Assembly (NCBI RefSeq): GCF_964194025.1
Contig: NC_134481.1
Location: forward strand, 46,004,001 to 46,068,000
Source: Convolutriloba macropyga
Lineage: Eukaryota
DNA: 64,000 nt
Reading direction: 5' to 3'
This document shows positions 48,733 through 61,869 of the stretch, piece by piece (position 1 is the stretch's first letter; every line of letters starts with the position of its first letter). The notes beneath the pieces are model-generated. The model was given only the letters and a program-made list of their open reading frames with translations. It searched no databases and was not told the origin of the DNA. A program made the translations under genes and the position numbers.

Positions 48733-49299
48733 ATGGGAGACATTGAAAAATCTTTCTTGTTCTCGGTTGGATCATTCCTTCAGAAGTCTAGCCCGAGTTT
48801 ACTTCCCTTCGCTCAAACCGCGTTGGACAAGGTGGAGCTGATTGGTGAACATTATAGCACGACGACCAGTCGCGATTCGAAATTTGTTTCAAAATCTGCC
48901 AAACATGACTGTGCCGGACTCGATGTAAAACTGGTTAAACGTCCACAATGTGCTAAATGCTTCTGTCTTCTGGAGTTTGGCATAAATTGTAAAATTCGAG
49001 AAGAATCTGACACGAGTAATGTTGTCATTATCCGTTGTAATATTTGCGGTTTTGAGTTGCGAGAAAATGTAAATGTTTGCTTTAAGAACAAACAAATCAA
49101 CCCGTGTAGTGAGACGTCGTCTTTTCAATTCAAGGAGGAATCTCGACTAATGGGCACACGCACGTCAGTGAAACAGCAGTTGAAAGATATTCAGAAAGAG
49201 AGTAATCGGTACAATTACGCAGGTGGTGTTACGAAGAAATCAGCGCTTAGTAAGGAGAAATCTAATCAGAAGTTATCGCTCAAAAATTTGTTCGAGTAA
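48733..49299 (+). CDS. Rpr2/Rpp21/SNM1-family zinc-ribbon protein (RNase P or RNase MRP subunit)
   Basis: VKRPQCAKC..L..G.NCKIR..VIIRCNICG matches the Rpr2 pattern; ATG preceded by TTTTCAG. Confidence 0.7.
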   Translation: MGDIEKSFLFSVGSFLQKSSPSLLPFAQTALDKVELIGEHYSTTTSRDSKFVSKSAKHDCAGLDVKLVKRPQCAKCFCLLEFGINCKIREESDTSNVVIIRCNICGFELRENVNVCFKNKQINPCSETSSFQFKEESRLMGTRTSVKQQLKDIQKESNRYNYAGGVTKKSALSKEKSNQKLSLKNLFE

Positions 49300-49559
49300 A
49301 TTTGCTGCGCTCTTTTATCGATTATTTATTGATTAATGTAACTACAACGTTTCCACCAGAACGAGGGGAAGGCATGGAGCAGGGTTTGAGTTTTGACGTA
49401 TTAGCAACGTGATTGTCGCAGCTGTACAACTGAGGGATTGAAAGAGTGTTAGGAGCTCCTTTTGAAAGCGAGGATTAAAAGAACTTGTGAAATTGAATCT
49501 GTTTCTGTATCATTGGGATTGAACGACTGTACGAAAGAAAACGAAAAAGAAATTTGAAT

Positions 49560-52500
49560 TCTGTAGTAAGCGATGTAACGTTCAAGTGCTTTGTGGCTGT
49601 TGGACTCTGCGGATGTTTCCTTTTGCAACCTGTAGATTCTGACTTTTTGTAATTATTTTTTGTGCGACTTTATTGGTATAATGTTAATTGTTATACTATG
49701 CAAACCCTTATCATGTAAACCATTATCATAGGAAATTATGGTTCAAAAACAGACGTTTGCTCATGTATTGTGTTGAAATTGTTCATAGGGTTCGTTAATA
49801 GTTGCAGTTCTTGATAGCATTATTAACTAAATGTTGAACTTACTGTATCATTTTAGTCCTTATATAAGTTCAACATCACCAGACGAACTCGCCTCTCTAT
49901 CGTGAAAGACATTAGTTTACGGTGTTTTCAATGTCATTAGTTACCATGCTGAATTGAGCTTTGATCTTTTTTTCAGAAGCAGTCTCTCGTCAGGGGGTTT
50001 GCGTTCAAGCGACTACGCCACCACAGTAGAAGCTCAGAAAAAAATGTTGGACCAGTTTTTAAAGATTACTTTTCTTTATGAAGAGACTTTGTTATGGTGA
50101 AGCTGTAGATATTGTTTCCTTCGGTCTTTGTAAAGTTAGTGTGATTTGCAAAGTTCATTTTTCTGACCACGTTTTGGGGGGAAAATGAACAGATAAATGC
50201 AATTATAATTGCTATCAATAAGATTTGGAAGTTTGTTTCGTTGCAATGGAGTCTGCCATTCAAGCATTATTAATAAAACAAGAAGACACCTGTTAGCAGG
50301 ATTAAAGACACGGTAGCGCAAAAACCCCTATGAGGCACGACGAGTTTTGGCATGTTTGAGATTGAAGCTGTTTAAGCTCAAAAGATATTAGAGATAATAA
50401 GATAAATAAATTTTAGGAAATTCAAAAGAATAAAAAAGTGAAGTTTTTAACAAAATTCAGTCGTAGATATAGTCTGAAATATATTTAAAATATTTACAGT
50501 TTTTATTTGTCAAAAGTCGACTTTGAGGCCTGTGAGTGGGTGTTATTTCAGAATGACATGCAAAACTTTACTTTACTTGAGGGCGTTCACCAGGTTGCAT
50601 TTACCATTCAATATTAGCAGATAAATATCATTATTTGACAAACATACAGTTTCAAATTTGATTAACATTCATTTTCTAAATTGTTATATGCAATTGTCGT
50701 TATACATCTGGTAGTTTTGGTTGTCTTTCTGACTTTTTTAACATACGTTTCTAAGCTCTTAGATATTTTTCATGTTCTTTTCTGTGATTCAATACCCCCA
50801 CTCAGATTGTTGCTGCTAGGTTAGAATCTGGACTCGCGCAATTGGTGCGCTCGAGGTTGTGTCAGAAGATCTGCGGCCATTTCATCTGTTGGAGTGTAGA
50901 TCAATTTGATTGAGTTGTCATCAACTCGTTCTCGGATGAAATGATATTTCGTGTCGATGTGCCTTGATCGTTTGTGCAGCACCGGGTTAGTTACAAGCTT
51001 TATGCAACTCTGTTTGTCCTCTCCTTTGGTTGTGGGCTCACACTGTTCGTAACCCAGTTCTCTAAAAAGACCATGCAAGAAGATGGCTTCTTCAACCGCG
51101 GCAGCTAAACCCTAGTATTAAGATGAGAGTGACACTGTTGGTCGTTTCTTCACTTGCCAGCTGACAGATCCTCCACATTCCCAGCTTGAAATAGTATCAT
51201 GTGGTTGATCGTCTATCATTGACGTCTCCACTCTAGTCTGCACCTGTTTCGCCAACTAGAGTGCTGTTGCTTGTTGGTGGGAGAAAGAGTCTAAGGGATT
51301 TAGTTTGTTGTACGTATCTCAACACTCGCTTGCCAGCATTGAAATGCTCAACAGTTGGATCATTCATGAAGCGTGGTAAGAAATTTTTGGTCTACATATC
51401 TGGTCTAGTTTTCTTAGCTAGGTAAAGTAATAAACCTTCTAGACTTCTAAACTCGTGTGAATCTACTCTTACTGAATCTTCTTGAGCTACTTCAATTTAT
51501 ACATTTTTCTGCTGATGTTTTGCTTGGTTTGCAGTCTTGCATATTGAACTGTTCTAAAATGTTTTGAGTGTACTTTTGAGTGCATTGTTTTCAGTGCGAA
51601 TTCTGAAAACAAAAAAGAATAACTTTAGATCAAGTTATTCCTTTTTCGGTTTCAGAATTCGCATTCCTAGAAACCATTCTAGATCTCCTCTGTCGTCCAT
51701 TTTGACCTTGGATTTTCGGGAGCTTTTCAATTTGTTGATCTCTGTTTGACTATTTCCCGCTATGAATTAAGTCATCAACCCAGTGTAGAACCACCAATTT
51801 TTCATCTTAGTTTTTAAGAAAACGGCGGTAATCGTGTTTATTTCTCTCAAAATCTCGCTGAAGTACAAAAATGAAAGCTCCTGATATTTGGCTGCTTGTT
51901 CCAGTCCTATTTTGATTTTTAAGCTTACAAACTAACTTGTTGCCATTGCTGTCTAATTTTTTGAAACCTTTTGGTTGCTCTAGATAAACTTCTTCGTCTA
52001 TTTTAGGATGCAAATAAGCTGCTTTTACATCCCTTTATTAAAAGACGTTTTCGATAACTGATAAAGCTAGTAAATTTTTGAAGGTTTCAGGTTTGCTTGC
52101 TGGAGCAAAAGCATCTGAATTTTGGATTCCCTCATTGTGTTTAAAACCTTCTGCCACATAACGAGCTTTAAGTTTTTCAATATTTCCGTATGGGTTTAAT
52201 TGTGTACACCCAACGGCCAGGATTAATATTTTTTCCTTTTTCTTTTTGAACTAAGTCCCAAGTTTATGTTTCATTTAAACTTTCTATCTCTGCTTTCATT
52301 GCTTCAAGCCATGTCTTTGTACCGAATTGATAGTGTTTTTGAAATTTTCAAGCTCATCGAAACTTTATTGTGCTGTGTACAGCATGAGAGTAGCTTTTAC
52401 CAAAGCATTCCGGACGTGCTCTAGACCTATCACTTCGCTTAAGCGCTCTATCTTGTGCTGCTTCCCTCCTCAATCTTTTCATTTCATCGTACTCTGTCCA

Positions 52501-55500
52501 AAGTTGTATAGTCTTTTCGTCTACTGATGGAATTGCTGTTTGACATAGTTTACCTCTAATTTGCAGTCTTGAGGGTGGCTTTAGTTTTTTTCTGTTGTAA
52601 GTTTTTGACAGGTACCGTTATTTTTGAAGGCTTTCTATGTTTTTCACTGCGACTTTTGGATTAAACTATACATTAATTTTGGTTTGACGCTTGAACTTGG
52701 TCTTTCCTCTTTAATTTTTCAACTTCATTTTCTCTTTTTTCATTTTCCTGAACACTGTTTGTTTGAGTTGTGTCACCATGTGAACTTAACTCAATTGAGT
52801 TGCTTGTATCCTGAAGTTCTTCAGGTAGTTCGTGAAGTTCTTCTTCCAATAGATCGTTTTCATTTAACCTAACGTTTCAAGAAGTAAAAATTTGCCTACT
52901 TTTATGTTTTGCAACAAATAAGCTAATGTGTTATCAGAGTAACCAACCTCTACTACTGCTCTGGTAAAACGTTCTGCAAGACCTTTTTGCTCAGGTTTTT
53001 CAGGAACTGTGAATTCACGAGCTATTTCTTTGCTTATGCAAAATTTTTGAAAGGCTTTGTTTTTATTCTGTGCCATTATCAGTTCGCAAAATTTTTGGTG
53101 GGGCATATAAGGCAAAAAACTCTTTGAAAGCTTGCTTGCAATTCTTGCGTTTTGTATTTCATAGGTTTTACTGCGGAGCCACTGAATTCATCTATGAAAC
53201 TAACAGCATAAATGTTGCCTCCTATACTTGATGGACTCACTATAATCAGAAGTGCAATAACTTCAGAGTAAACTCTTTCTAGTTTTTGATTTCCGTTGTT
53301 ATCGCTCACTTTTCGAACAGTCTTTTAGAATTTCTTTCTAAAGCTCAAATTTTACAAAAATCTTTAGCTTTGGAAACATTATCTGTTGTATTTGCTACAT
53401 CTCTAAAGTTCAAATGTCAAGTTCTTTTGTGACCAAGTTGTGCTTGGCACGTGCCCTCACTTAAGTTTGACAAGTGGTGCTTTGTATTCTTTTCTGTATG
53501 GTAAGAACAACAATTTGCATCTTCTTATCAGTCTAATTTTTTTTGTTTTTTAGCACTGACTTAGATTTGTGTGAAATAAATCGTGTTGCTTTGAACTGAA
53601 CTGGAAACTAAAATTAAATTTGTTTTGTGCTCTGGTACATGCAGAGGTTTTTCAAAAGTCAATTTATGTAGCACAACTTTAGTGTCTCGTGCTTCTACAT
53701 CTACCTCTCCTATTCCTTCAACTTTTGTTTTCCCTCCATCTGGATTGTGAACTGTGGTTTCTAGTTTGTGATATTTTTTAAACCAGGTTTTATATATTAT
53801 GTTATCAGCGCTGCCTGAATCTACTACTAAATCAGTTTTTGAAACTTCAAATGAGCTTTCAGCGCTTAAACTAGATGCCAAATTTTTAGAGGACTTCTTG
53901 TTGATTTTTAGATGTACTTGCTAGATGGCCTTGCATATACTACGTTCGGCAGTGTCCTTTCTGTAACTATTATCTGCTAAATGTCCAGGTATGTTACATA
54001 CAAAGCGCAATCTAGAATTTTTGGAACTACCAGGCTTAGAAAAAATCTATCTAGGAGCTGATTTGAATGAAGATTGTATACCAATTTGATGAAGCTTTCT
54101 TTGCTGTCATTGCAACGTTTTGATTCTCCTCCACATCTTTGTCTGCGGCTCTCCTCGAAGTTGTGGAGACGCTTCCTCAGTTTCACAAATTTATCCGCAG
54201 GAGTGAAGCTCTCCTGCACCACAAAATGCTCTCATCGTTGTGGAAGACCGCTCAATACAATTGCATTAAACAGCGTCTCAGAAAGCTCGTCACCAGCATG
54301 ATGCAAGCGGGTGACCAATTTTGCGCTCTGAAGAAGTACTGGTGGATGGCTTTGTGCTGGCGAATTTGTTGTCTGCCCCACTGCGTCATCAGACTTATGA
54401 CTGTGGCTGTCTCGTCGCTTCCGAACCGTTGCTGGAGAAGTAGCCAGGCTTTCTGACAATAACCGAGACCTTTGCTGTTCACACAGGCATGCCGAATGAG
54501 CATGAGGCTTCTGGCGTCTAGTGTCATTGCCAGGTGGCACCAAATTTGGTTTTTGCGGTTCGCATTCTCTTGTACAGCTGTAGCTCTAACTTGAGTCTAT
54601 ACCTCGCATTCTCGCGTTTGCGTGTCATTGGCATTTTTGCCTCAGTATTACTGGCCTGTCAGATAGGTCAACTGTGTGTGTGTGAACGGTTCGAAGAGGT
54701 CCTTGGTTTGTGCAAAGGCAGAGAAACATATCCTCCATGTTTGGTAGTCCTCTGCTAATCCACTGAGTGTCATCCAGTTAAAGCTCTCATCCAGTTCTGA
54801 TTAAGCTTTTATATAAGAGGGAAATCTCAACTTTAACTCGTCAATCTCGGAGAGCTAAAACTGCCAACACTGACACTACAATCTCAACCAAATTTGCTAT
54901 TGGCGTATCAGCGGGCTTATTGCCCGCCCCATAAACTGTTTTCAAGATTAAGGACACTAGCGCAACCCCGATAAGGCAGGGCGAGTTTGAGCAAGTTTGA
55001 GTTTGAAACTGTTTAAGCTCAAAAGATATTAGAGAGAACGAGATAAATTGATTTTAGGAGACGAAAAGAGAAGAAAAGAGTAAAGATTCAACCAAAAATC
55101 AGTCGTAGATAGTCTGAAATATATTTACAATATTTACAGTTTACATTTGTCAAAAGGTTTATGTATCAAAAAACCGGCGATTTTGAGGCGTGTGAGTGGA
55201 TGTCATTTCAGAATTATATGCAAAACTTTACTTCACTCGAGAGCGTTCACCAGGTTGCATTTACCATTCAATATTAGCAGATCAATGTCAATATTTGACA
55301 AACATACAGTTTCAAAAGTGATTCACATTCATTTTCTATATTTTTATCTGCAGTTGTCGTTATACATCTGGTAGTTTTGGTTTTCTTTCTGCCTTTTTTA
55401 AAACTTTTTTTTAAGTTTTTAAGCTCGAAGATTGTCTAAGTTCTTTTCTGGGATTCAATAGCACCAAATTTTGGCAAGATTTGTTTTCTATGAGCATTTA

Positions 55501-56420
55501 ACTACTTTGCGTCGCATATTTGACTTGATAGAGACAGTCGATTTCTCCCTGTGATGTCAAGGAGATTCTTTGTGCAAGGAAACCAATTTATTTGTTGACG
55601 AAACACTGCTTTTTGTCTGTTGAACTCTTCATGTGTATCTTTCTACAACCTGTAGATTCTGATTGTATTAATATCTATTTTCTGCACTTTTATTGGTAAA
55701 GTAGTAATTTTTAGACTATTCAATCATTATCATATCAAGCCTTCATCATTGATAACCATAGTGCAAACAATACAGACATTTTTTCATGGATTGTGTTGAA
55801 ATTGTGTTCATAGGGTTTTTTAATTGTATCCCTGCTGAATTGTGCCTAGACATGTATTCACAGAAGCAGTCTCGCATTGAATTACGCGAACCTTTATCAT
55901 AGCAAACCGGGGAGCAAAAGGAGGCGTCTGATCATGCATCGTGTTGAAATTCTGTTTATGGGTATCCTAAAGATTTGAACTTCTGGTTAGCATTATGAGC
56001 TAAATTGTGAATTTTCTGTATAATATTGGTCTTTATACGACGTGAGCAGGCGAACTCGCCTCTCTATCTTTAAGGAACTTAGTTTATAATGTTTTCAATG
56101 CAATTAGTTTTCCTGCTGAGTTGTGCCTAGACATGTATTCGCAGAAGCAGTCTCTCATTGATTTGCGTAGAAGGGGATGGCGTTCAAGCGACTACGCAAT
56201 CATCATAGAAGTTAAGAGAAAAATGTTATTTGAGCAGTTTTCGAAATATAATTTTCATCAAAAAACGCTATTGTTATGTAATGGTGAACCTTGCTTTGCA
56301 CATTGCTTCCTTTGGTCTCTGTAAATTGTGAATAGTAAAACTATTTCCGAAAGAGAATGGTTAAACTCTTTGTGAAAGATGCACAGATGAAATAAATTAC
56401 CATGACTATCAAGCAGGTAG
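49560..56420. repeat. Degenerate tandem repeat region (49560-50290 similar to ~55610-56420) interrupted by the copia element
   Basis: Shared blocks CAACCTGTAGATTCTGA, CGAACTCGCCTCTCTATC, CAGAAGCAGTCTC and GCGTTCAAGCGACTACGC on both sides of the insertion. Confidence 0.7.
50291..55460 (-). mobile_element. Full-length decayed Ty1/copia LTR retrotransposon
   Basis: LTRs 50291-50794 and 54937-55460; TSD ACACC/GCACC; PBS-like GTTTATGGGGC; PPT CTGAGTGGGGG; domain order gag-PR(VDSGS)-INT(FIDEFS, PEQKGLAER)-RT(KARYVA, YLEQPKGF, WVDD)-RH(KRSRHIDTKYHFIRE, MAADLLT); many stops and frameshifts. Confidence 0.93.
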
Positions 56421-57843
56421 AAGTTTCAAAATTTCAACTTGAAATTTTTTCTGAAGGCTTTGTTGCTTGCCAATAAGGAATTTTCCATCTAAACAACACC
56501 CTCGAAAAAACAATTAAGGCTTCGTGAAATACAATAAAGGATGATAGTGCAAACCACATTTTTTGTCTTTTCACGTAATCTGACTGCTTGATAAATGTTT
56601 TTATTTATTAGTTTTCCCTAAATCACTAAGCAAAAGTTTGTTTTTCATAAAGATCTGTTGATTTCAGGTGATTTGTTTTTGACAGCATTGAAAGAACCTT
56701 GCCGTCGAAAGAAACGACTGATCATAAAATTGTGAAAACATTTTTTTTACAAAATATGTGCATTGATATCTGTTCTTCAGTTATAGCAATATGAATTTTA
56801 TGTCAGCATGAACATGCATTCCTATAAGCTGATAAAATGCTTGAGTCTAAATGAGGATTCAATAAGCAGCAATAACTGATCGTTTTTTTATTGGCAGAAA
56901 GCTCTCAACCCTTATTTTTGTTGTATTTATTTTGTTAACATACAGCTTTCTAGGAGTTGGAAACTTGTTTAGTTCAATTGTACACAATGAAAGACAAAGT
57001 AAGTATATATGAAACACTATTTGAAAAATACTTCTTAATAGACATATTGGTGCCTTGAAATCTATTTTTTTTGATAGGATCGGATAAAAACAGCCTCAGT
57101 TGGATCACTATATTTAATATATAAATAAAAGTAACACATGATGATTGATAATTTGATTTTCTTAACTTGTAAGTATTTAACCTAACGGCTATGATTTTCT
57201 AATTTGCACAAATTTTGGGTCACTAAAAGATTGAAATAAAACCCATTTCACGTATTTCAGCTCACTGTTTGCTCTGCAGTACTAATTTGTCATTTGTTCG
57301 ATCATTTTGTTTCATTTTATTTACAAGTAATACAAATTTATCAGCCAGTGAAATGCTGCTGCAAGCCTGATAGTGCTTGTCGTGGAAGCCCAATAGTCGG
57401 TTGGAGAAATTGAGTAACCGTTGAAAGAATTTTATTAAATCATGGCTTAGCTACCGAATCAAATCTTCGTTACTATCACGTGTGTTTCTTTCCATTTTCG
57501 TCATTGTCGATTTTGCGGGAGTTTTTAAAGGCACGATTTTGTTGGTATCACTAACCTCAAACACTTTCTCATTCAGTTCGTTTTTGGATCATTTAATTTT
57601 CCACTTCTGTAGATATAGATTGTTTCTGTTTGTTACCGGGCAGAGTCAAAATATTTATTTATTTCAGCATTGTCTGCAAAAAATTACACATTATCTACTG
57701 TTTCTGAGGACAAAATTTGAGTTACAAATAATTTTAGAGCAAACTTTTGGATAGATGGTTACATATGTTAGCGGTTATTTTTCAGATGGTATGATTGAGT
57801 TGCCTTAACAGCTGAAGAAAGAACTCTCAAAAGTGGTGACAGG

Positions 57844-58017
57844 ATGGCAGTGTGGATATTGATAGGAGAGATGCTACTGGTGTTAGGTCTGACCACTTCT
57901 CTCCTCCACAAGTATGGTGACTGGAGACGACAGCACTTCGTGGTATCGGCTGCTACTTTGGTAGCTTGGTACTTCTCATTCAGCATTGTAGCCATTCTGC
58001 CTATTGATGTGGTCCAG
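57844..58017 (+). CDS. LMBRD2: LMBR1-domain protein 2, coding exon 1
   Basis: LLHKYGDWRRQH..TLVAWYFSF.IV.ILPIDV; donor CAG|GTCAGT. Confidence 0.88.
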
Positions 58018-58137
58018 GTCAGTGCCCAAACATAAAGTTGCAAAAGGATCATATGCTCAAGCGATTTTACTCGAATTTGGCGCTGGTCTCCACAATCGCT
58101 GCGGAACAACGCGTCAATTAGAAATGAAAGAAGGCTG

Positions 58138-58947
58138 GGATCTATTCTGCCCCCCCCCCCCCGCAGCTTAGTGGACTTATATCTTTTACGCCCCTTGGGT
58201 GCATATGTGATATTTTTTTACCTAGTAAGGTGCTATATAACATAATTAATAGCCGCCCTCATCTTCTCAGCCCGCTATTATAGCGCTCCTATTTTTTTTA
58301 CAATTCAAAGAATTTGAATTGTATTGGGGCGCTGTCTTTTTTACGACTCGACTTTTTTTTACTTTTCATTGTATTTCAGGACTTGTCCTGCTATGTTTTT
58401 TTTCGTCGAACAAAAAAATATGTCGCTTTACCTCATTTTGCCCCTTTTTCAACATTTTGCGTGAAATCTTTTTGACTTTTCTAGGCTAGTTTCTCTCATT
58501 CTGCTAAAGTGATGATTTTGAACATCAGTTGCTCAGCAAAGCAATTCAAAATGAACAGCGTCAGTATTAAAAAATTAATGTCAGAAATAGAAACGGGATA
58601 AACCCATAAAAGCCCAATTTTAGATGCCCGCTATTTGAACGTCGTTCCTATAAGTTTTAGTTACCATCTCTAATGCTTATTGGTATTTACAGTAGTTCCT
58701 GTAGCCTCCTCTCTCTAAGAAACAGAAGTATGTTCAACTACGAAATGCCATCAGAGTAAATCGGACTTAAAAAATGTTTTTGTTCAAAAATCTTTTTTTT
58801 TCAATATCCTCTATTCTTTCAATTCCAATCATGCTTATTGGAATCAACGGCGGCTTTTTTCCGGCAATCTGTCGGGTATGTTTTGTGACTGGGGCGTAAA
58901 AAACACGGGGGATGGATTTCCTGAACAAAAATCTGCATAATAGATCC
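58138..58947. mobile_element. GGATC-family MITE split by a nested HINE
   Basis: GGATCTATTCTG ... AATAGATCC termini; the two halves match the reverse complement of 62296-62460. Confidence 0.75.
58246..58884 (+). mobile_element. HINE family A short copy nested in a MITE
   Basis: TTAATAGCCGC 5' end; GCGGCTTTT, hairpin CCGGCA-atc-TGTCGG, then GTATGTTTT at the 3' end; core shared with 41367 and 62784. Confidence 0.75.
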
Positions 58948-59884
58948 GAAAGCCTTATCCATTACTAATTGCATGTAAGGTACTCATATTACTAATTGCG
59001 GATTAAGAAGACAAATTTAACGATGAGACGGTTCTTGGGACAATTTGATTTTGTGGTTTCTGAAGTTATTCCGAAAGTTATTTCTGAAGTAATTAACAAA
59101 AGAAATACAAGAAGTGAATTTTAGGCCAATTGAAGCCTTTGTCACTTTTGTTTACAAAAGTCTCAAAATGTACATTTTGCAGCGTAATAAACTTGTTTCT
59201 GACTCTGTCGAGGTAGCTATTTAACAGCTACAGTCACTCTCTGTCAAAAGTGACTTCATTCAATGGTTTCTTTTTAAAGCTCAATGCTTTCCATGCTTTT
59301 TAAAGCTCAATTCTGTGATGACATTGGAAAAAAAAAGAAGTTTTGTGTTTTTTGTGTAGAAAATGGAAATAGTTTGTTCATGGTTTTGTGCTTTTTCCAA
59401 ACATCAGCTCTCAAATGTCTTTGACTTTCAACTGTACACAAAGGAATCCAAATTAAAACTTTTTTGTCAAATATTTAAGGTGAGCTACTGTTATCTATCG
59501 GTTTGGAAAACGATTGAATTTGTAGTTGAATAAATGAAAAAAGTTGTATGTATAAATTTTTCCCTCATCATTACTTGGAATAGCTGGAATTTAAATAATG
59601 GTATCATTCTTTAGCTTTTGATTGGTTGATAAAAATAGAAAATGGAAAGATATTACCCGCAGTAAAATTGTATAATTTCAGTTACTACCACTACCGCCCC
59701 TGCGTTCAGTCGCTTGTATTAAGCACCCCTATTAACTTAGCAGAAATCAGAACGTTTTTACCTTGTACCCCGCACTTGGAAAAACTTAGCAAAATACTGA
59801 ATGAAAACCGTACTAGAATAATAACTCCATAGCGAAACCTCCTTAAATAAGGGAGAATGCCACTAATGGCTATGTTTTTTTCAG

Positions 59885-60145
59885 ACTAACTACAAGCAGT
59901 GTCTCTCCAACCACAATATCTCCCTCGCAAGACGCAGTGCTGTCCTGGAGCAGTCTCCTTCTGATCTCTCGCAGTCAGTTGACATGCCAGATTCCAATCC
60001 AGGATCATCTGAATCTTCGCAATCACCATCTCCGATTGGAACCACAAACAACAGTTCTAAACCGACGGTTGCTCCAACTTCTGCGCCCCCTGTACCGTCT
60101 CCTTGTGCGGAGCCAATCACGAATGTAGATGATGATATTATTAAA
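59885..60145 (+). CDS. LMBRD2: LMBRD2 coding exon 2
   Basis: TTTTCAG acceptor; TNYKQC..S/P/T-rich loop..PCAEP..DDIIK; donor AAA|GTGAGT, phase 0. Confidence 0.8.
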
Positions 60146-60726
60146 GTGAGTTATAGAGAATGTTATAGTGAGTTATGGCAATAGTTAGTTATTATAACTC
60201 AGCAGAGTTGACTAGATTTGAATTTTCGAGTGCTGCGTTAATTCTATGGATATATTCGGACCGTGCCAATGATTTTTATACGCTAAATCAGCCTGGTTGA
60301 ATAACAGCACGTTATGTGTAAAAAAAAACGCGTCTGTTTCCAAAGGGGGAGGTGAGAGTTAAATGTTGTAATTATAACTACGGTATAGTTTCAATTGGAA
60401 AAATGATTTAGTACGTACCAAGTGATTGAGTGGTTGATGTTAATTGCTCTCGAACTAAGTCTTGCACGAATTGAGCGATTTTTGCATGGTTGCAAATTTT
60501 TGAGGCACATAAGAGAATGACGGAAAAGAAGAAACGAATGCAAAAAATGCAAAGTATTCCAATTGGACGAAAGTTTCGAAAGTTTTCAAATACATACAAT
60601 TGATCGTATTTTTATTGAATTTTAATGGGAACTGCGATTGTAAGACAGTCACCATGATTGAAAAAGAACCAAGACCTTATTGGAACAAGTTTATGACATT
60701 GGGTAACTTTCCTGTACCTATTTCAG

Positions 60727-60938
60727 GCAATGTGGTTAGTAGTGTACTGGTCATCATTCTTGCTGACGTGGTTGATTTTGCCTTTCATGCAGTCATACAG
60801 TATGGCTGGAGAATTCACAGTCCTTGGGAAGATGAAGCGATCTCTGATTGAGAATGCAATATTCTATGCCAGCTACTTGGCTATTGTCATTGCACTGGCT
60901 ATCTATTTACTAGCCAGGGGTGACCTCAGTTTTGACAG
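60727..60938 (+). CDS. LMBRD2: LMBRD2 coding exon 3
   Basis: W.VVYWSS.LLTWLILPFMQSY..G.F...KMK.SLIENAI.Y; donor AG|GTAACT, phase 2. Confidence 0.92.
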
Positions 60939-61869
60939 GTAACTTGTATTTTCTTTCAATATGTACTTTTTAAAATTTAATCAACCGAAACAGGACTGCA
61001 TTATCGCGCAAAGAGATTTTAGATAATTTGATGACAATACATCAAATTTTGTCCCCGTACTATGTTGTATCAAATATTTTTATTTTGTAAAAACATATTT
61101 GATATACGCCTCGTGTAAGAATACATCAATTTTTTCGCCATTTAGGAGTACGTCTAATTTTGCCTTTTAGCAATACAATAGAAATTGTCATTGGTTTAGA
61201 GTACATCCGATATTTTAATTTAGGAATGCATCAGTTCTTTTATTGTGCCCGTAACAAGTCTTGAGTTATTAAATTCGGAGATCTAATTTCTGAAACTTGG
61301 TTCTAAGCCATTCGCTATGTCAGACAATTGATATTGGAGGAAAACACCTGAAACAATGCTTTAATCAATTCTCGTTGCAATAACAACATCTGCATAGCTT
61401 ATCGATGAACTAACTTGCTATCGCCCGATTAATACTAAGAAAGTCTGCAAGATTGGCGAAACTCTGCTTTGTGATTAGACCATCTTTTTCCGCAACTCTT
61501 TTCTCGTCTATATTGCTGTGTAAAGACTAGAAGAGAAAAAGTTCTAGAAAATCAGCAAAACACTGGAGAAAATCAGCAAAACATCGCAATCCAACTTGTA
61601 ATTGCGATGATAGTTGATTAAAACCATTATCCCCCTCTAGAGGCCGTTCAATTATTCGGCATCGCTTCGGATGTTGATGGTGATAACAACCATTCGGTAA
61701 TACTCATTAATCAACTCTTTATGCGATAACAACCGGTGCATAACCTGCCAATAAAAATAACTTGCTAACGCTCGAGGAATACAACGAAAATCTGATGCAG
61801 ATCTTTTTCCGCCAGTTTTTCTACTTTGAACTTCTACTGGGAACAGTTTTCAGGTTGCATTTTTTTACG

